Positions 18,959-29,395 are shown, numbered from the stretch's first letter. The stretch: 64,000 bases of DNA from an uncultured Gammaproteobacteria bacterium (GCA_964507055.1 CAZDOJ010000001.1:1170050-1234049); one strand, 5' to 3'. A program made the numbers and translations. The notes: generated by a model not told the origin, from the sequence alone.

Positions 18959-21309
18959 AGTGCTAAATGAAGTATTTGTTGAAAGAATGGATTGTATGTC
19001 ACAAACACTTGCAGCAATATAATAAAGATTATTGTACTGATAAGGAAGATATTCCCTTTTTTGATTGAGTGCCATCCAAAAGCGATAACGATAAGTAAGT
19101 GTGAATAGATAATACTGTTAAAGATAATAGTTCTTGCTTGCTCTACAGAGTGTGAACCTAGCAAGTAATTGTAGAAGAAGAACATGAACTCTGCTAATGC
19201 TAGTCCGATAAATCCAATGATATATAATCGATCAAAACTCAGAAGTTGTGAATTTGGATCTCTCGGTTTCATCGACAATACACTCCCATCTCTACTTCCT
19301 GTGGCTAAAGCCAGTGCAGGAATACTATCCGTGATGAGGTTTATCCATAAGATTTGCGTGGGGAGCAAAGGCAAAGGTAGATTAAAAAGAGTCGCAAAGA
19401 ATACAAGGAGGATTTTTGCAAGATTACCCGAGATAAGATAGAGAATCGCATTGACAATATTTTTATAGATAATGCGACCCTCCTCAATTGCTTTCACTAA
19501 TGTCGCGAAGTTATCATCAGCTAAAATAATGTCTGAAGCCTCTTTTGCTACGTCAGTGCCGGTTTTACCCATTGAAACACCAACATCAGCCTTCTTGAGT
19601 GCTAGAGCGTCATTAACGCCGTCTCCGGTAACGCCTACAACCATTCCTTGTTTCTGCAGTAGTGTTGCAATACGAAGCTTTTGTTCAGGTTTCGTACGTG
19701 CGAAGATCCTTGTTTTCAAAAGAATTGATGAGAGCTCTTCATCAGAAAGCTTTTCTAAATCTTCTCCAGTTACAACATCTTCATCTTTATCAATAAGGCT
19801 TACTTCTTTAGCAAGGGTCAAAGCTGTGAATTCATTGTCGCCTGTAACCATACTGACACGGATCCCTGCTGCGTGTGCTTTTTCAATTGCATCCTTTGTT
19901 TCAAGACGTGGAGGATCATACATAGCCATAAGACCGAGAAAAGTTAATTCAGTTTCAAGGCTTTCTCTTTTTTTATTTTCTATGTGTGTCGCACGTTTAT
20001 ACGCGAATCCAATCGTTCGTAATCCAGCCTTAGCAAACTCTTCAAATTGTTTTGTTACTTTCGCACGTTCTTCATCTGATATTTTGCATTTCGCAAGCAC
20101 GAATTCTGGAGCGCCTCGCACAAATGCATATTCATGCTCCCCATGGTGCCAAAGAGTTGTAATTGTCTTGGTATGGGAATCAAAAACATATTCATCAAGA
20201 ACTTTTCCACCTTCTGTTTTTGCTAGAGCTTCATGATTTTTTGCCCAAGCAAGCATAGCCCCATCCGTTTGATCTCCGATGATCTCAAATTCATTATTTG
20301 CTTTTTCGACAAGAGAAGCAGTATTGCCAAGAAGACATGAGCGTACAAAAAAATGTAAAGAATCTTTGTTAAGCAGCCATGTATCTTTTACTTTCATTTT
20401 ATTTTGTGTGATAGTACCTGTTTTGTCGACCAAAACAATTTGAATTGCTCCAAGAGTTTCAATTGCTGCCATCTTACGCACGATTGCATGCCGCTTTGCC
20501 ATGCGACTTGTGCCAACTGCAAATGCAATGGTGATAACTGCTGGCAAACCCTCTGGTATTGCGGCAACGCCAATCGTTCCTGCCACCAGTAATAATGGGA
20601 TAAGGTCTGCTTGATGATACAAACCTGCTGGAATAATGCTTAGTCCTGCTAACAATGCAAAGAGTGCTAGTAGCTTTGCCATGTGGTCAAAGCTTTTTTG
20701 CAGTGGGGTTTTTTCTTCATGGATTGATGTGAGTGTTTTTGCTATCTGTCCAAATTTGGTTTTCATCCCAATACCTTCGATCCTAGCCAATCCTTTTCCT
20801 TTGGTTATGAGCGTGCCCCAAAATACCTCGTCAGTAGTATTCTTTACAACTGAAAGTGATTCGCCTGTAAGAATTGACTCATCGACCTCAAGATTATCAG
20901 CGTCAATAAGCCTTCCGTCTGCGGGGATTCTATCACCTTCAGAAAGCACAATAATATCTCCCGGAACAATGTCTTCAGCAAGTATCTGTGCTTCCTTTCC
21001 ATCTCTTTTGACACGAGCAAGGGGGGCAGCATATTGTTTCAGCTTCTCCAACGATTTTTCTGCACGATATTCCTGGATGAATCCAAAACATGCATTTATG
21101 AGGATAACTGCCAGAATAAATCCTCCATCAATTCGATCTCCAATTGCAAAGAAGAAGACACCAGCAATTGCTAAAATTATATTAATAAGAGTCGGGAACT
21201 GTGCGAGAAAAATCTTTAAGGCTGAAGAAGTTGCATGAGCTGAAATAACATTCTTTCCTAGTTTAACTTGTATATTTTGTGCCTCATTTGAAGAAAGTCC
21301 TTTATCCAT
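18955..21309 (-). CDS. Cation-transporting P-type ATPase (Ca2+/Mg2+-ATPase-like, P2-type)
   Basis: TGES (LTGESLSV); phosphorylation site DKTGTIT; hinge VTGDGVNDALALKKADVGVSMG; 8-10 TM helices. Confidence 0.9.
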   Translation of the reverse strand: MDKGLSSNEAQNIQVKLGKNVISAHATSSALKIFLAQFPTLINIILAIAGVFFFAIGDRIDGGFILAVILINACFGFIQEYRAEKSLEKLKQYAAPLARVKRDGKEAQILAEDIVPGDIIVLSEGDRIPADGRLIDADNLEVDESILTGESLSVVKNTTDEVFWGTLITKGKGLARIEGIGMKTKFGQIAKTLTSIHEEKTPLQKSFDHMAKLLALFALLAGLSIIPAGLYHQADLIPLLLVAGTIGVAAIPEGLPAVITIAFAVGTSRMAKRHAIVRKMAAIETLGAIQIVLVDKTGTITQNKMKVKDTWLLNKDSLHFFVRSCLLGNTASLVEKANNEFEIIGDQTDGAMLAWAKNHEALAKTEGGKVLDEYVFDSHTKTITTLWHHGEHEYAFVRGAPEFVLAKCKISDEERAKVTKQFEEFAKAGLRTIGFAYKRATHIENKKRESLETELTFLGLMAMYDPPRLETKDAIEKAHAAGIRVSMVTGDNEFTALTLAKEVSLIDKDEDVVTGEDLEKLSDEELSSILLKTRIFARTKPEQKLRIATLLQKQGMVVGVTGDGVNDALALKKADVGVSMGKTGTDVAKEASDIILADDNFATLVKAIEEGRIIYKNIVNAILYLISGNLAKILLVFFATLFNLPLPLLPTQILWINLITDSIPALALATGSRDGSVLSMKPRDPNSQLLSFDRLYIIGFIGLALAEFMFFFYNYLLGSHSVEQARTIIFNSIIYSHLLIVIAFGWHSIKKGNIFLISTIIFIILLQVFVTYNPFFQQILHLAL

Positions 21310-21351
21310 CCTATCTTAGTTTACAGAACCTAGAAGGAAATGCAAAATTAA

Positions 21352-22917
21352 TTAGCCTTCTGCATTTCGGGGACGATATTGCAATGCTTCAGCTATATGG
21401 TTTGGATGAATCGCTTCGGAATCTTCAAGGTCTGCAATCGTTCTTGCAAGTTTAATGACGCGGTAATATGCACGTCCAGACAATCCCAAGCTATGCACTG
21501 CCTTTTTCAATAGTTCAATACAGTCTTGCGAAAGGGGACAGAATTCTTTTATAGCCTTATTGTTGAGATCTGCATTTGATGTAATATTTGTTCCTTTATA
21601 CCGTGCATGCTGTTTGTCTCGAGCCTTTTGAACGCGTTCTCGAACAGTTTGTGAGTTTTCCACATTTCCACTTTCTATTTCAGTCAACTTTTCCACATTG
21701 ACTGCGGGGATATCTAAATGAATATCAATTCTATCTAAAAGCGGTCCAGAAACACGCTTCTTATACCGAGATATCTGTGAAGGAGAACAGGCACAAGTAT
21801 GTGTCTTATCCCCAAGATATCCACATGGGCAAGGATTCTGACTTGCAATGAGCATGCACTTGGCAGGAAATGTCGTTTTTCCTTTTGAACGTGAGATAGA
21901 AACCATCGCATCTTCGATCGGTTGACGAAGGCTTTCGAGAATTATTCGGGGAAACTCCGGGAATTCGTCGAGAAAAAGTACTCCACGATGGGCAAGAGTT
22001 ATTTCTCCTGGACGAGGATTTGTGCCTCCACCAATAAGTCCAACAAGTGAAATTGTATGGTGGGGACTCCGAAATGGTCTTTTATAAATCATTGCTTCTT
22101 TTCCTAGTAAACCAGCAATACTGTATATCTTTGTAACTTCGAGCATTTCTTCGAAAGATAGTCTGGGCAGAATTGACGCAAGTGTCCTCGCAAGGAGGGT
22201 TTTTCCTGCTCCTGGAGGGCCTTTGAAGAGCATATTATGGGAACCTGCTGCTGCAATCTCGAGCGTTCTTTTTGCCTGCTGTTGTCCTCGAACATCTTTC
22301 AGATCATGATCATATGTATGATCGAGGATTACTTCGGCAAAGTTTACTTGAAGGATTTTTTCCAAAGGTTGTTGGCCCGAAAGATGAAAGAATAGTTCTT
22401 TTAAGGAAGGTACTGAAAATATTTCTACATCGTCTACAATCGCTGCCTCAGACGCATTTTGAGAGGGGAGAAAGAAGTTTTTTAATTGTAACTGGCTCGC
22501 CATAATTGCCTGAGTCAATGCTCCATTGATTGCTCGGACCCTTCCATCTAAGGAAAGTTCACCACTGAAGAGTGATTTGGAAGTATCCGCTTGTAATTGT
22601 CCAGATGCGATAAGTATTCCAAGTGCAATAGGAAGATCATATGAAGGTCCTTCTTTGGGAAGATCTGCGGGAGCCAAATTAATTGTGATTTTCCTTGCAG
22701 GGAAGTCTGCACCTGAATTTCTTATTGCGGCTCGTACTCGTTCTTTTGCTTCTTCAACAGCCTTGTCTGGCAGCCCAACAATGGTAAAAGAGGGTAGTCC
22801 TTGTGCTGCGATATCCACCTCAACTTCCACAGGAACCGCATCGAGACCAACCACTGCACCGGAAAATATTTTCGCTATCACACTATTTATAATATACTTT
22901 TTGGTGAAACTTGACAA
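21352..22917 (-). CDS. comM: YifB/ComM family Mg-chelatase-like AAA+ ATPase
   Basis: N-terminal Lon-protease-like domain ...VVGLDAVPVEVEVD...; AAA+ core ...MLFKGPPGAGKTLLAR...; C-terminal Mg_chelatase domain. A possible alternative GTG start at 22881 (MIAKIFSGAVVG...) lies 7 nt after a TATTAT box. Confidence 0.9.
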   Translation of the reverse strand: MSSFTKKYIINSVIAKIFSGAVVGLDAVPVEVEVDIAAQGLPSFTIVGLPDKAVEEAKERVRAAIRNSGADFPARKITINLAPADLPKEGPSYDLPIALGILIASGQLQADTSKSLFSGELSLDGRVRAINGALTQAIMASQLQLKNFFLPSQNASEAAIVDDVEIFSVPSLKELFFHLSGQQPLEKILQVNFAEVILDHTYDHDLKDVRGQQQAKRTLEIAAAGSHNMLFKGPPGAGKTLLARTLASILPRLSFEEMLEVTKIYSIAGLLGKEAMIYKRPFRSPHHTISLVGLIGGGTNPRPGEITLAHRGVLFLDEFPEFPRIILESLRQPIEDAMVSISRSKGKTTFPAKCMLIASQNPCPCGYLGDKTHTCACSPSQISRYKKRVSGPLLDRIDIHLDIPAVNVEKLTEIESGNVENSQTVRERVQKARDKQHARYKGTNITSNADLNNKAIKEFCPLSQDCIELLKKAVHSLGLSGRAYYRVIKLARTIADLEDSEAIHPNHIAEALQYRPRNAEG

Positions 22918-23113
22918 ACATTATTAAATAGTATTATTCTATAGGTGTTGATCGAATGCATAGATCTAACTAGCCAAAAAAGTTATATTCTAGATATTAA
23001 TAACTTTTAAGGGACAAAGAAAACCGTTTATCCTTAAAAAAGATAAACAAAATATGGAAGGTATAGAACGATAGAGTTTACAAAGTTTTATTGCTTTATA
23101 TCATTTCAGGAAA

Positions 23114-23149
23114 AAAAGATCTGCCTAAAAAACAGATCTTTTTTTTTGA
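23114..23149. terminator. Palindromic hairpin flanked by an A-run and a T-run (bidirectional intrinsic-terminator-like structure) in the comM/dnaG divergent intergenic region
   Basis: aaaaaaAGATCTGcctaaaaaaCAGATCTttttttttt: a 7-bp GC-containing stem plus A/T extensions, loop cctaaaaaa. There is no co-directional upstream CDS on either strand. Confidence 0.45.
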
Positions 23150-23194
23150 AAAGTTATCTTGAAAATTTCCATTTGAGACAACTCTATTCTTCCA

Positions 23195-23203
23195 TGTTAC
23201 AAT
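23195..23203 (+). promoter_or_regulatory. Extended -10 TGtTACAAT, 8 nt upstream of the dnaG ATG (leaderless)
   Basis: ccaTGtTACAATagcctcgtATGgac. Confidence 0.5.
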
Positions 23204-23211
23204 AGCCTCGT

Positions 23212-24972
23212 ATGGACGAAGTCGCTCAAATAAGAGAAAAAATAGATCTTGCTGCATTAATTTCTGAATATGTTCCATTAAAAAAGGCTGGTCGTAATTT
23301 CAAATCTCCATGTCCATTTCATACTGAAAAAAGTCCTTCGTTTGTTGTCTCTCCTGAACGGCAGATCTGGCATTGCTTTGGTTGCGGAAAAGGAGGAGAT
23401 TGTTACACATTCTTAATGGAGTATGAACGATTAGAATTTCCTGAAGCATTACGTTTGCTTGCAAAGCGGGCGGGTGTAGAGCTCACAAATAGGGGAAAAC
23501 GATCGGAGACAACTTCACAAAAAGAGCGATTATATCAAGCAAACAGTTTGGCAAAAGAGTTTTATCATTATGTGCTTACAAAGCATAAAGTAGGGGAGAG
23601 GGCACGAGAATATCTAAAGAATAGGGGAATCACAGAAGCCGTGGTTAAGACGTTTATGCTTGGCTTCTCTCCAAGTAATGGACACGCACTCACGGAGTAT
23701 TTAGTAGGGAAGAAAGGGTTCTCCAATGAAGAGGTTGTTTCAGCAGGCTTGGCATATCAGCGTGGATCGAATCCTCAAGATTTCTTCTGGGGAAGATTAA
23801 TGTTTCCCTTGATTGATCATAGAGATAATGTGGTTGGTTTCTCAGGAAGGATTTTAGATAATAATGATAAGACTTCGAAGTACATTAATACTCGAGAAAC
23901 CTTAATTTACCATAAAGGAGAACATTTCTATGGTTTATCTGTAACAAAAGACGCTATTCGAAGAACAGATCAGGCGATAATTGTGGAAGGAGAATTTGAT
24001 GTCATTTCATGCTTTGAGAATGGTATCGCCAATGTTGTGGGTGTTAAAGGAACTGCCTTGACAGAGAATCAAGTAAATTTACTTGCAAGATTCGCACAAA
24101 AAATTACTTTCTGTTTTGATGGAGACAAGGCTGGACAAGAAGCAATTAAACGAAGCTTATCTATTGTAGAAAAGAAAAATATTACGCCTACAGTAATAGA
24201 GATTCCTGGAGGAAAAGATCCTGACGAAGCACTCAAAAACGAGCCTGGCCTGTTCAAAAAGGCCGTGAAAGAAGAGAGTGGTGTGTACGACTTCTTATTT
24301 AAGAAGGCATTTGCTGCATATGACTTGGACTCTGCTGAAGGAAAAAAGCAAATTTCAGATGCCCTTTTGCCTTTTCTTGTTGAGATAAAGAATGAAATTA
24401 TTAAAGAGCATTTCCTTAGAAAGTTGAGCTCAGATTTAGGAACTTCGTATGAAAGTATTATTAAAGAACTTAATCGTTTACGTAGAAAAGAATTACCGAA
24501 AGTCGAGACAGTCGAAGAACCAAAAGTGAAAAAAGCAAAGGAAGAAGTGCTCGAAGAATATCTTTTTGCTTTAATTATCCAGCATTCTACGCCAATTCAT
24601 ATGGCTCAGCATGCTGTAAACACAATTGGATCAGTATTTGAACCTGAGCGAGCATATCAAAAATTGTTAAAAGTACTTAGCGATTCTACTTTGGATAGAT
24701 CTTTTACCACAAAATCATTTGGTGATACTTTACCGAAAGAACTTGTTTCAAATTACGATATAAGTTTACTGTATTCTTTACCAGCATTTATAGAGGAGAA
24801 ACAGCATACTGAAGAAATACAAGAAGTGACAAAAAAATTAAAACAATTATACGTGCAGAAAAGTCTTAAAGAACTCGCTTCAACCATTCAACAAAAGGAA
24901 GAAGCAGGAGAAGACGCAGATGATCTTAAAAAGATATATACAGAATTGTCTTCACAGTTGGATATTACATAA
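23212..24972 (+). CDS. dnaG: DNA primase
   Basis: Zn-ribbon CPFHTEKSPSFVVSPERQIWHCFGCGKGGD; RNA-polymerase domain; TOPRIM ...IIVEGEFDVIS... Confidence 0.95.
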   Translation: MDEVAQIREKIDLAALISEYVPLKKAGRNFKSPCPFHTEKSPSFVVSPERQIWHCFGCGKGGDCYTFLMEYERLEFPEALRLLAKRAGVELTNRGKRSETTSQKERLYQANSLAKEFYHYVLTKHKVGERAREYLKNRGITEAVVKTFMLGFSPSNGHALTEYLVGKKGFSNEEVVSAGLAYQRGSNPQDFFWGRLMFPLIDHRDNVVGFSGRILDNNDKTSKYINTRETLIYHKGEHFYGLSVTKDAIRRTDQAIIVEGEFDVISCFENGIANVVGVKGTALTENQVNLLARFAQKITFCFDGDKAGQEAIKRSLSIVEKKNITPTVIEIPGGKDPDEALKNEPGLFKKAVKEESGVYDFLFKKAFAAYDLDSAEGKKQISDALLPFLVEIKNEIIKEHFLRKLSSDLGTSYESIIKELNRLRRKELPKVETVEEPKVKKAKEEVLEEYLFALIIQHSTPIHMAQHAVNTIGSVFEPERAYQKLLKVLSDSTLDRSFTTKSFGDTLPKELVSNYDISLLYSLPAFIEEKQHTEEIQEVTKKLKQLYVQKSLKELASTIQQKEEAGEDADDLKKIYTELSSQLDIT

Positions 24973-25096
24973 CCCTTTAGAGGATTGGAACAAGAGCTTG
25001 TAAATAGATTTAAAAAGGAGTATTCTAATGGTGCGTCTCAAGGAAAATTGAGAGCTAAAAGCCTCTAACCAAACCAGACGGGTCGATAGGCCTAGT

Positions 25097-25124
25097 TTGC
25101 ATGCTTGCGTGAATGTGCTACAAT
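25097..25124 (+). promoter_or_regulatory. Promoter TTGCAT-16-TGcTACAAT, 7 nt upstream of the rpoD ATG (leaderless)
   Basis: gtTTGCATgcttgcgtgaatgTGcTACAATatacactATGtcc. Confidence 0.55.
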
Positions 25125-25131
25125 ATACACT

Positions 25132-26214
25132 ATGTCCCTGAAATTGTCACCACTACTAACTGATGTTGTTACTTCTGCAAAGAAGCGCGGTTATATCACC
25201 CAAGACGAAATCTTAGGTATTTACTCCAAACCAGAAGATCATATTGAAGACCTTGATGCACTATATGACAAACTCATGCGATCAAATATTGACGTATTTG
25301 AGTCAGTTGCACAACAGCAAGATAATCAAAAACCAATTGAGGATCTTGAAAAAGAGCTTGAAGCTTTGACTGTTCTAACAGAAGGTTCAGTCAGTGATCC
25401 TGTCAGAATGTACCTCAAAGAAATTGGTAGAATTCCACTTCTTAATTTTGATGAAGAAATTGAACTCGCAAAAAGAGTTGAAAATGGTGATGGTCGTGCA
25501 AAACAAAAACTTATTAATTCCAACCTTCGTTTGGTAGTTTCTATCGCAAAAAAGTATATTGGTCGAGGTTTGTCTCTTTTGGATCTTATTCAAGAAGGTA
25601 ACCAAGGACTTATTCGTGCAGTTGAAAAGTACGATTGGAGACGTGGATTTAAGTTTTCAACATATGCGACATGGTGGATTCGCCAATCTGTAACTCGTGC
25701 TATTGCTGATCAAGCTCGTACAATCCGTATTCCTGTACATATGGTTGAAAATATTAACCGTTTCTTGCGTTCCCAAAGAAGACTTATGCAGGAATTAGGT
25801 CGTGAACCTACTCCTGAAGAAGTTGCAGCGGTACTTGGTATTGAACCAGATAAAGCACTTGAAATCATCAAAATCTCACAGAATCCAGCATCTTTGGAAG
25901 CTCCAGTTGGAGATGAAGAAGATTCCCGACTTGGAGACTTTATTCATGACGTATCAGCTCCAACACTTTTTGATAGTGCATCTCGCGAACTTTTGAAAGA
26001 GCAAGTCGATCAAGTACTTGGCACACTTTCAGATCGTGAAAGAAGAGTATTAAAGGAACGATTTGGCTTGGATGATGGTCGACCAAAGACACTTGAAGAA
26101 GTTGGTCGTATGTTCCAAGTGACACGTGAGCGTATCCGTCAAATTGAAGCAAAAGCACTTCGAAAGCTTCGACACCCATCACGAGGGAATAAGCTTCGAG
26201 ATTACCTCGTTTAA
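25132..26214 (+). CDS. rpoD: RNA polymerase sigma factor, group 1 (RpoD/SigA-like), short form lacking region 1.1
   Basis: Regions 1.2-4.2: ...[16 protein letters not shown]...; ...[43 protein letters not shown]...; ...[30 protein letters not shown]... The listed ORF start 25105 is a TTG extension. Confidence 0.9.
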   Translation: MSLKLSPLLTDVVTSAKKRGYITQDEILGIYSKPEDHIEDLDALYDKLMRSNIDVFESVAQQQDNQKPIEDLEKELEALTVLTEGSVSDPVRMYLKEIGRIPLLNFDEEIELAKRVENGDGRAKQKLINSNLRLVVSIAKKYIGRGLSLLDLIQEGNQGLIRAVEKYDWRRGFKFSTYATWWIRQSVTRAIADQARTIRIPVHMVENINRFLRSQRRLMQELGREPTPEEVAAVLGIEPDKALEIIKISQNPASLEAPVGDEEDSRLGDFIHDVSAPTLFDSASRELLKEQVDQVLGTLSDRERRVLKERFGLDDGRPKTLEEVGRMFQVTRERIRQIEAKALRKLRHPSRGNKLRDYLV

Positions 26215-26215
26215 T

Positions 26216-26446
26216 CTATCTACTAATTTGTGGGCCACGATTTGGCCTAGTATCTCCTCGAGTTAATGTTACCGGTATCATATTTACTCTGTCATTCACT
26301 CTGCGAGGAGCAGCATTTGTTTGTAATCCTTTTAATGCACGCAAAACTGCTAGCTGCTGCATAGCTTCTATATACGATAAATTCTGATCCAGATATTGTA
26401 ATCTTTTTACTTCAGGGGGTATGCCCCAAATAATTCTTTCAGCCAT
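26216..26446 (-). CDS. Hypothetical small protein
   Basis: The ORF fills an otherwise 355-nt gap. Its ATG (26446..26444) lies 6 nt after a TATTAT box on the minus strand, matching the local leaderless pattern. No recognisable domain. Confidence 0.3.
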   Translation of the reverse strand: MAERIIWGIPPEVKRLQYLDQNLSYIEAMQQLAVLRALKGLQTNAAPRRVNDRVNMIPVTLTRGDTRPNRGPQISR

Positions 26447-26569
26447 ACACACATAATACTATAGGTTTATATTCTTGTCAAGTTTTCAGAATGTTTACTC
26501 TGTAAATATCTCGTTTAATTTTCTCATTGAAATTGTACGGTGAGTATGGTTATATAGAGCTGACAGACA

Positions 26570-28117
26570 ATGCTCAATGCAATAAAATCCTTTATTAACA
26601 ATGTTTTTTTACTATTCATAATTTTCATTACAGGTGCCGCAATATTGGTTTTAGAAGTTACTGCTACACGGATGCTTTCAGTTTATTTTGGGAATACCAT
26701 ATATACTTTTTCAAGTATTATTAGTGTTATTCTTCTTGCGTTAAGTTTGGGTTACTTTATGGGCGGAAGACTTGCAGATAAAAAGGGGAGTGAGTTCCTT
26801 TTTTATCAACTTATAGCCTTAAGTGGATTAAGTGTCTTTGTTCTTCACTTAGTCCACATATATCTTATTCCTCAATTGAGTACGCAATTAACATTACGCG
26901 ATGGTCCGTTAGTTTCTTCACTATTACTTTTCTTGCTTCCGGGATTACTTCTTGGCATGCTTTCTCCCTTAGTCGCCCAACTTCAAAAGGCACGGTTAAA
27001 AAAGCAGGGGATCGGCCATATAACGGGTGATGTCTTTTTCTGGTCAACACTCGGCAGTATTTTTGGTAGCATTGGTGCTGGATTTTATCTTATTCCTACC
27101 TATGGTATTCGAGAAATAATTATCGGAGTAGCTATTATTCTTTTTTGTATTGGGTTATTAGGTATGTTTATTCCTCGCCATAAAAATTCATCCATTGGAA
27201 AGGTTGTTGTACTATTCTTAACCCTTCCTATTGTCCATTTGACTTTGATTTCATTTAACTTGCTACGTGAGAATCCTGCTGTTGTTTATAGGGATGAAGG
27301 TCTGTATGACAATATCGTTATTTACGATGGAGAGTTCTTTGATACGCCTGCAAGATTTTTACAGCAAGCAACAGATGCTTCTAGTGCTATGTATCTTTCA
27401 TCAGATGAGCTTGTCTATGACTATACAAAATATTATGAAGTTTACAAGCTCGTAACGAATCGTCCTCAACATGCTTTGGTGATAGGTGGAGGAGCATATT
27501 CTGTCCCGAAGGCTTTATTGCAAGATGATCCCAAGGTTATTGTTGATGTTGCTGAGATTGAACCAGAACTTTTATCAATAGGGCAGAAATACTTTCGTGT
27601 ACCCAAAGATTCGCGACTTAAGAACCATGTAGAGGATGGAAGACGATTTATGATGGATTCGAATTCTAAATACGATATTATTTTTAGCGACGCGTATCAT
27701 TTCTCAATTCCGGCCCATTTAACAACGAAGGAGTTTTTTGAGCTGAGCAAGAGTAGACTTTCCCAAGATGGGGTATTCGTAGCAAATATTATTGGTAACC
27801 TTGGAGAGCAGTCTCCTTCGTTCCTCTTTTCTGAGATGAAAACTTTTAAGAGTGTCTATCCCAACAGTTACTTCTTTGCGGTTGATACGTTTGAGCCTAA
27901 TGTCCCACAAAATATCGTAATGGTTGGTTACAATGGTGAAACGGGAGTTAATTTGCTATCTGTTGATACGACTGAGCCTTTTTTAACACAGCTTCCGTCA
28001 CATCGTATTGATCTCGATAAATATGATCTTGCTCCACATGCTATCTTTACAGACAATTATGCACCGGTAGAATACTTTATTAGTAAGCGATTAACGGAGA
28101 AAGCTCAAGAGAATTGA
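26570..28117 (+). CDS. Fused polytopic membrane domain + spermidine synthase-like (PABS) methyltransferase-fold protein
   Basis: N-terminal ~200 aa contain 6-7 TM helices; the C-terminal domain ...HALVIGGGAYSVPKALL...VDVAEIEPELLSIGQKYF...DGRRFM....KYDIIFSDAY... is spermidine/spermine synthase-like. Confidence 0.75.
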   Translation: MLNAIKSFINNVFLLFIIFITGAAILVLEVTATRMLSVYFGNTIYTFSSIISVILLALSLGYFMGGRLADKKGSEFLFYQLIALSGLSVFVLHLVHIYLIPQLSTQLTLRDGPLVSSLLLFLLPGLLLGMLSPLVAQLQKARLKKQGIGHITGDVFFWSTLGSIFGSIGAGFYLIPTYGIREIIIGVAIILFCIGLLGMFIPRHKNSSIGKVVVLFLTLPIVHLTLISFNLLRENPAVVYRDEGLYDNIVIYDGEFFDTPARFLQQATDASSAMYLSSDELVYDYTKYYEVYKLVTNRPQHALVIGGGAYSVPKALLQDDPKVIVDVAEIEPELLSIGQKYFRVPKDSRLKNHVEDGRRFMMDSNSKYDIIFSDAYHFSIPAHLTTKEFFELSKSRLSQDGVFVANIIGNLGEQSPSFLFSEMKTFKSVYPNSYFFAVDTFEPNVPQNIVMVGYNGETGVNLLSVDTTEPFLTQLPSHRIDLDKYDLAPHAIFTDNYAPVEYFISKRLTEKAQEN

Positions 28118-28155
28118 TACGCTCTTTTTACAAAATTTACTTTATAATATAGTAA

Positions 28156-28686
28156 ATGGATAAAAAAAGTGCTGCACAGGTTGTTAAGTCACCTGTATTT
28201 AAACTTATAGCCTCAGTGTTCGGTATAATCTTTTTGATTCTGACATTCTTCATTACTCTCGCTCCGGATACGTTTAGTGGCTATGGTTATTTAGGAATAT
28301 TTCTTTTTAATATTTTTAATACAAGTATTCTTATCATGCCGATTCTTCTCGAACGCTTTGATCTTTGGGGAATTGTATTCTTTTCGGCATTGGGCAACAT
28401 TCCCAATACGAGTGTTAACTATTTAGTAGGGGATACCAGTAAAAGACTGTTTCCTCATAACTCAGTCATAACATTGCTTAAAAAATGGATGCACAAAAAA
28501 TATGGTTTAATTGTTGTCTACCTCATTGCAATTATTCCATTACCTATTGATATTAATGGTTTGCTTGCTGGGTATGTAGGAATTCCTTTTAAATGGTATA
28601 TTTTGGTCAACTTTTTGGGTAGAGCTACTTCATTTTTGTTAGCGGGTTTGGGCGTCTGGACCTTTGCTCAAGCAATGGGTTGGTAA
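28156..28686 (+). CDS. VTT-domain (DedA/YqaA-like) small membrane protein
   Basis: 4-5 TM helices; ...IIPLPIDINGLLAGYVGIPFKWYILVNFLGRAT... resembles the VTT/SNARE-associated domain. ATG 7 nt after TATAAT (tttTATAATatagtaaATG). Confidence 0.5.
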   Translation: MDKKSAAQVVKSPVFKLIASVFGIIFLILTFFITLAPDTFSGYGYLGIFLFNIFNTSILIMPILLERFDLWGIVFFSALGNIPNTSVNYLVGDTSKRLFPHNSVITLLKKWMHKKYGLIVVYLIAIIPLPIDINGLLAGYVGIPFKWYILVNFLGRATSFLLAGLGVWTFAQAMGW

Positions 28687-28742
28687 AAGTAAAGGCTGGA
28701 TTTCTCCTTCGGTAGATGTTAAAATAACCCTTACCGTTATAT

Positions 28743-28817
28743 TCCGCGATAGCTCAGCGGTAGAGCAGGAAGCTGTTAACTTCAAGGTCCAAGGTTCGAA
28801 TCCTTGTCGCGGAGCCA
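28743..28817 (+). tRNA. tRNA-Asn (anticodon GTT), CCA encoded
   Basis: Manual fold: acceptor tccgcga/tcgcgga; D-arm gctc-agcggta-gagc; anticodon loop cuGUUaa; T-arm caagg-ttcgaat-ccttg; discriminator g plus CCA. Confidence 0.85.
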
Positions 28818-28864
28818 AATAAAAGCTCTCAATAAAAATTACTTTAATTTGATATCACATAAAT

Positions 28865-29293
28865 ATGGCAACAATACATCCTTGGATTAACTTCAACGGT
28901 AATGCAGAAGAAGCATTTACTTTTTATAAATCAGTATTCGGCGGAGAGTTTGCGAAAGTAGTACGTTTCAAAGACATTGCGAGTGATGAATTCCCAATAC
29001 CAGAAAAAGAAGAAAATAAAATAATGCACATTGCCTTATCTATCGGTACAGGTACTATGTTGATAGCAAATGATGTTCCAGAAGTCTTGGGACGAGTAAA
29101 TGAGAATGAAAATAGAAGCAAGATTTTAGTAAATACGGAAAGTAAAGAAGAGGCGGACAGATTATTTACTGGCCTTTCGGCTGGCGGAGAAGTAGAAGGA
29201 CCTATGGGTGATGGCCCTTACGGGTCATATATGGGTATGTTTCGCGATAAATACGGCATTGAGTGGATAATAGAATTTTCTCGTGATAAATAA
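28865..29293 (+). CDS. VOC family protein (PhnB/glyoxalase-like)
   Basis: ...WINFNGNAEEAFTFYKSVFGGE... plus C-terminal ...GPYGSYMGMFRDKYGIEW typical of PhnB-like VOC proteins. Confidence 0.7.
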   Translation: MATIHPWINFNGNAEEAFTFYKSVFGGEFAKVVRFKDIASDEFPIPEKEENKIMHIALSIGTGTMLIANDVPEVLGRVNENENRSKILVNTESKEEADRLFTGLSAGGEVEGPMGDGPYGSYMGMFRDKYGIEWIIEFSRDK

Positions 29294-29395
29294 ATACGTT
29301 ATCCAATGTTGTAACTAGGCTTGAATATATTTCCTATAAAGGAATGGATAATAAAGGCTGACTAGATTGATTAATTGTAGTAACATAGGTTCTAT

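Noticed and set aside
19184-21238. Plus-strand ORFs 19184..19441, 19472..20236, 20404..20592, 20636..21238 inside the P-type ATPase
   Set aside because: Antisense to a full-length, motif-complete ATPase gene. Ser/Ala/Pro-rich low-complexity translations.
26232-26246. Short palindrome ggcca-cgatt-tggcc just after the rpoD stop
   Set aside because: 5-bp stem, no T-tract, and it lies inside the candidate small minus-strand ORF. Too weak to call.
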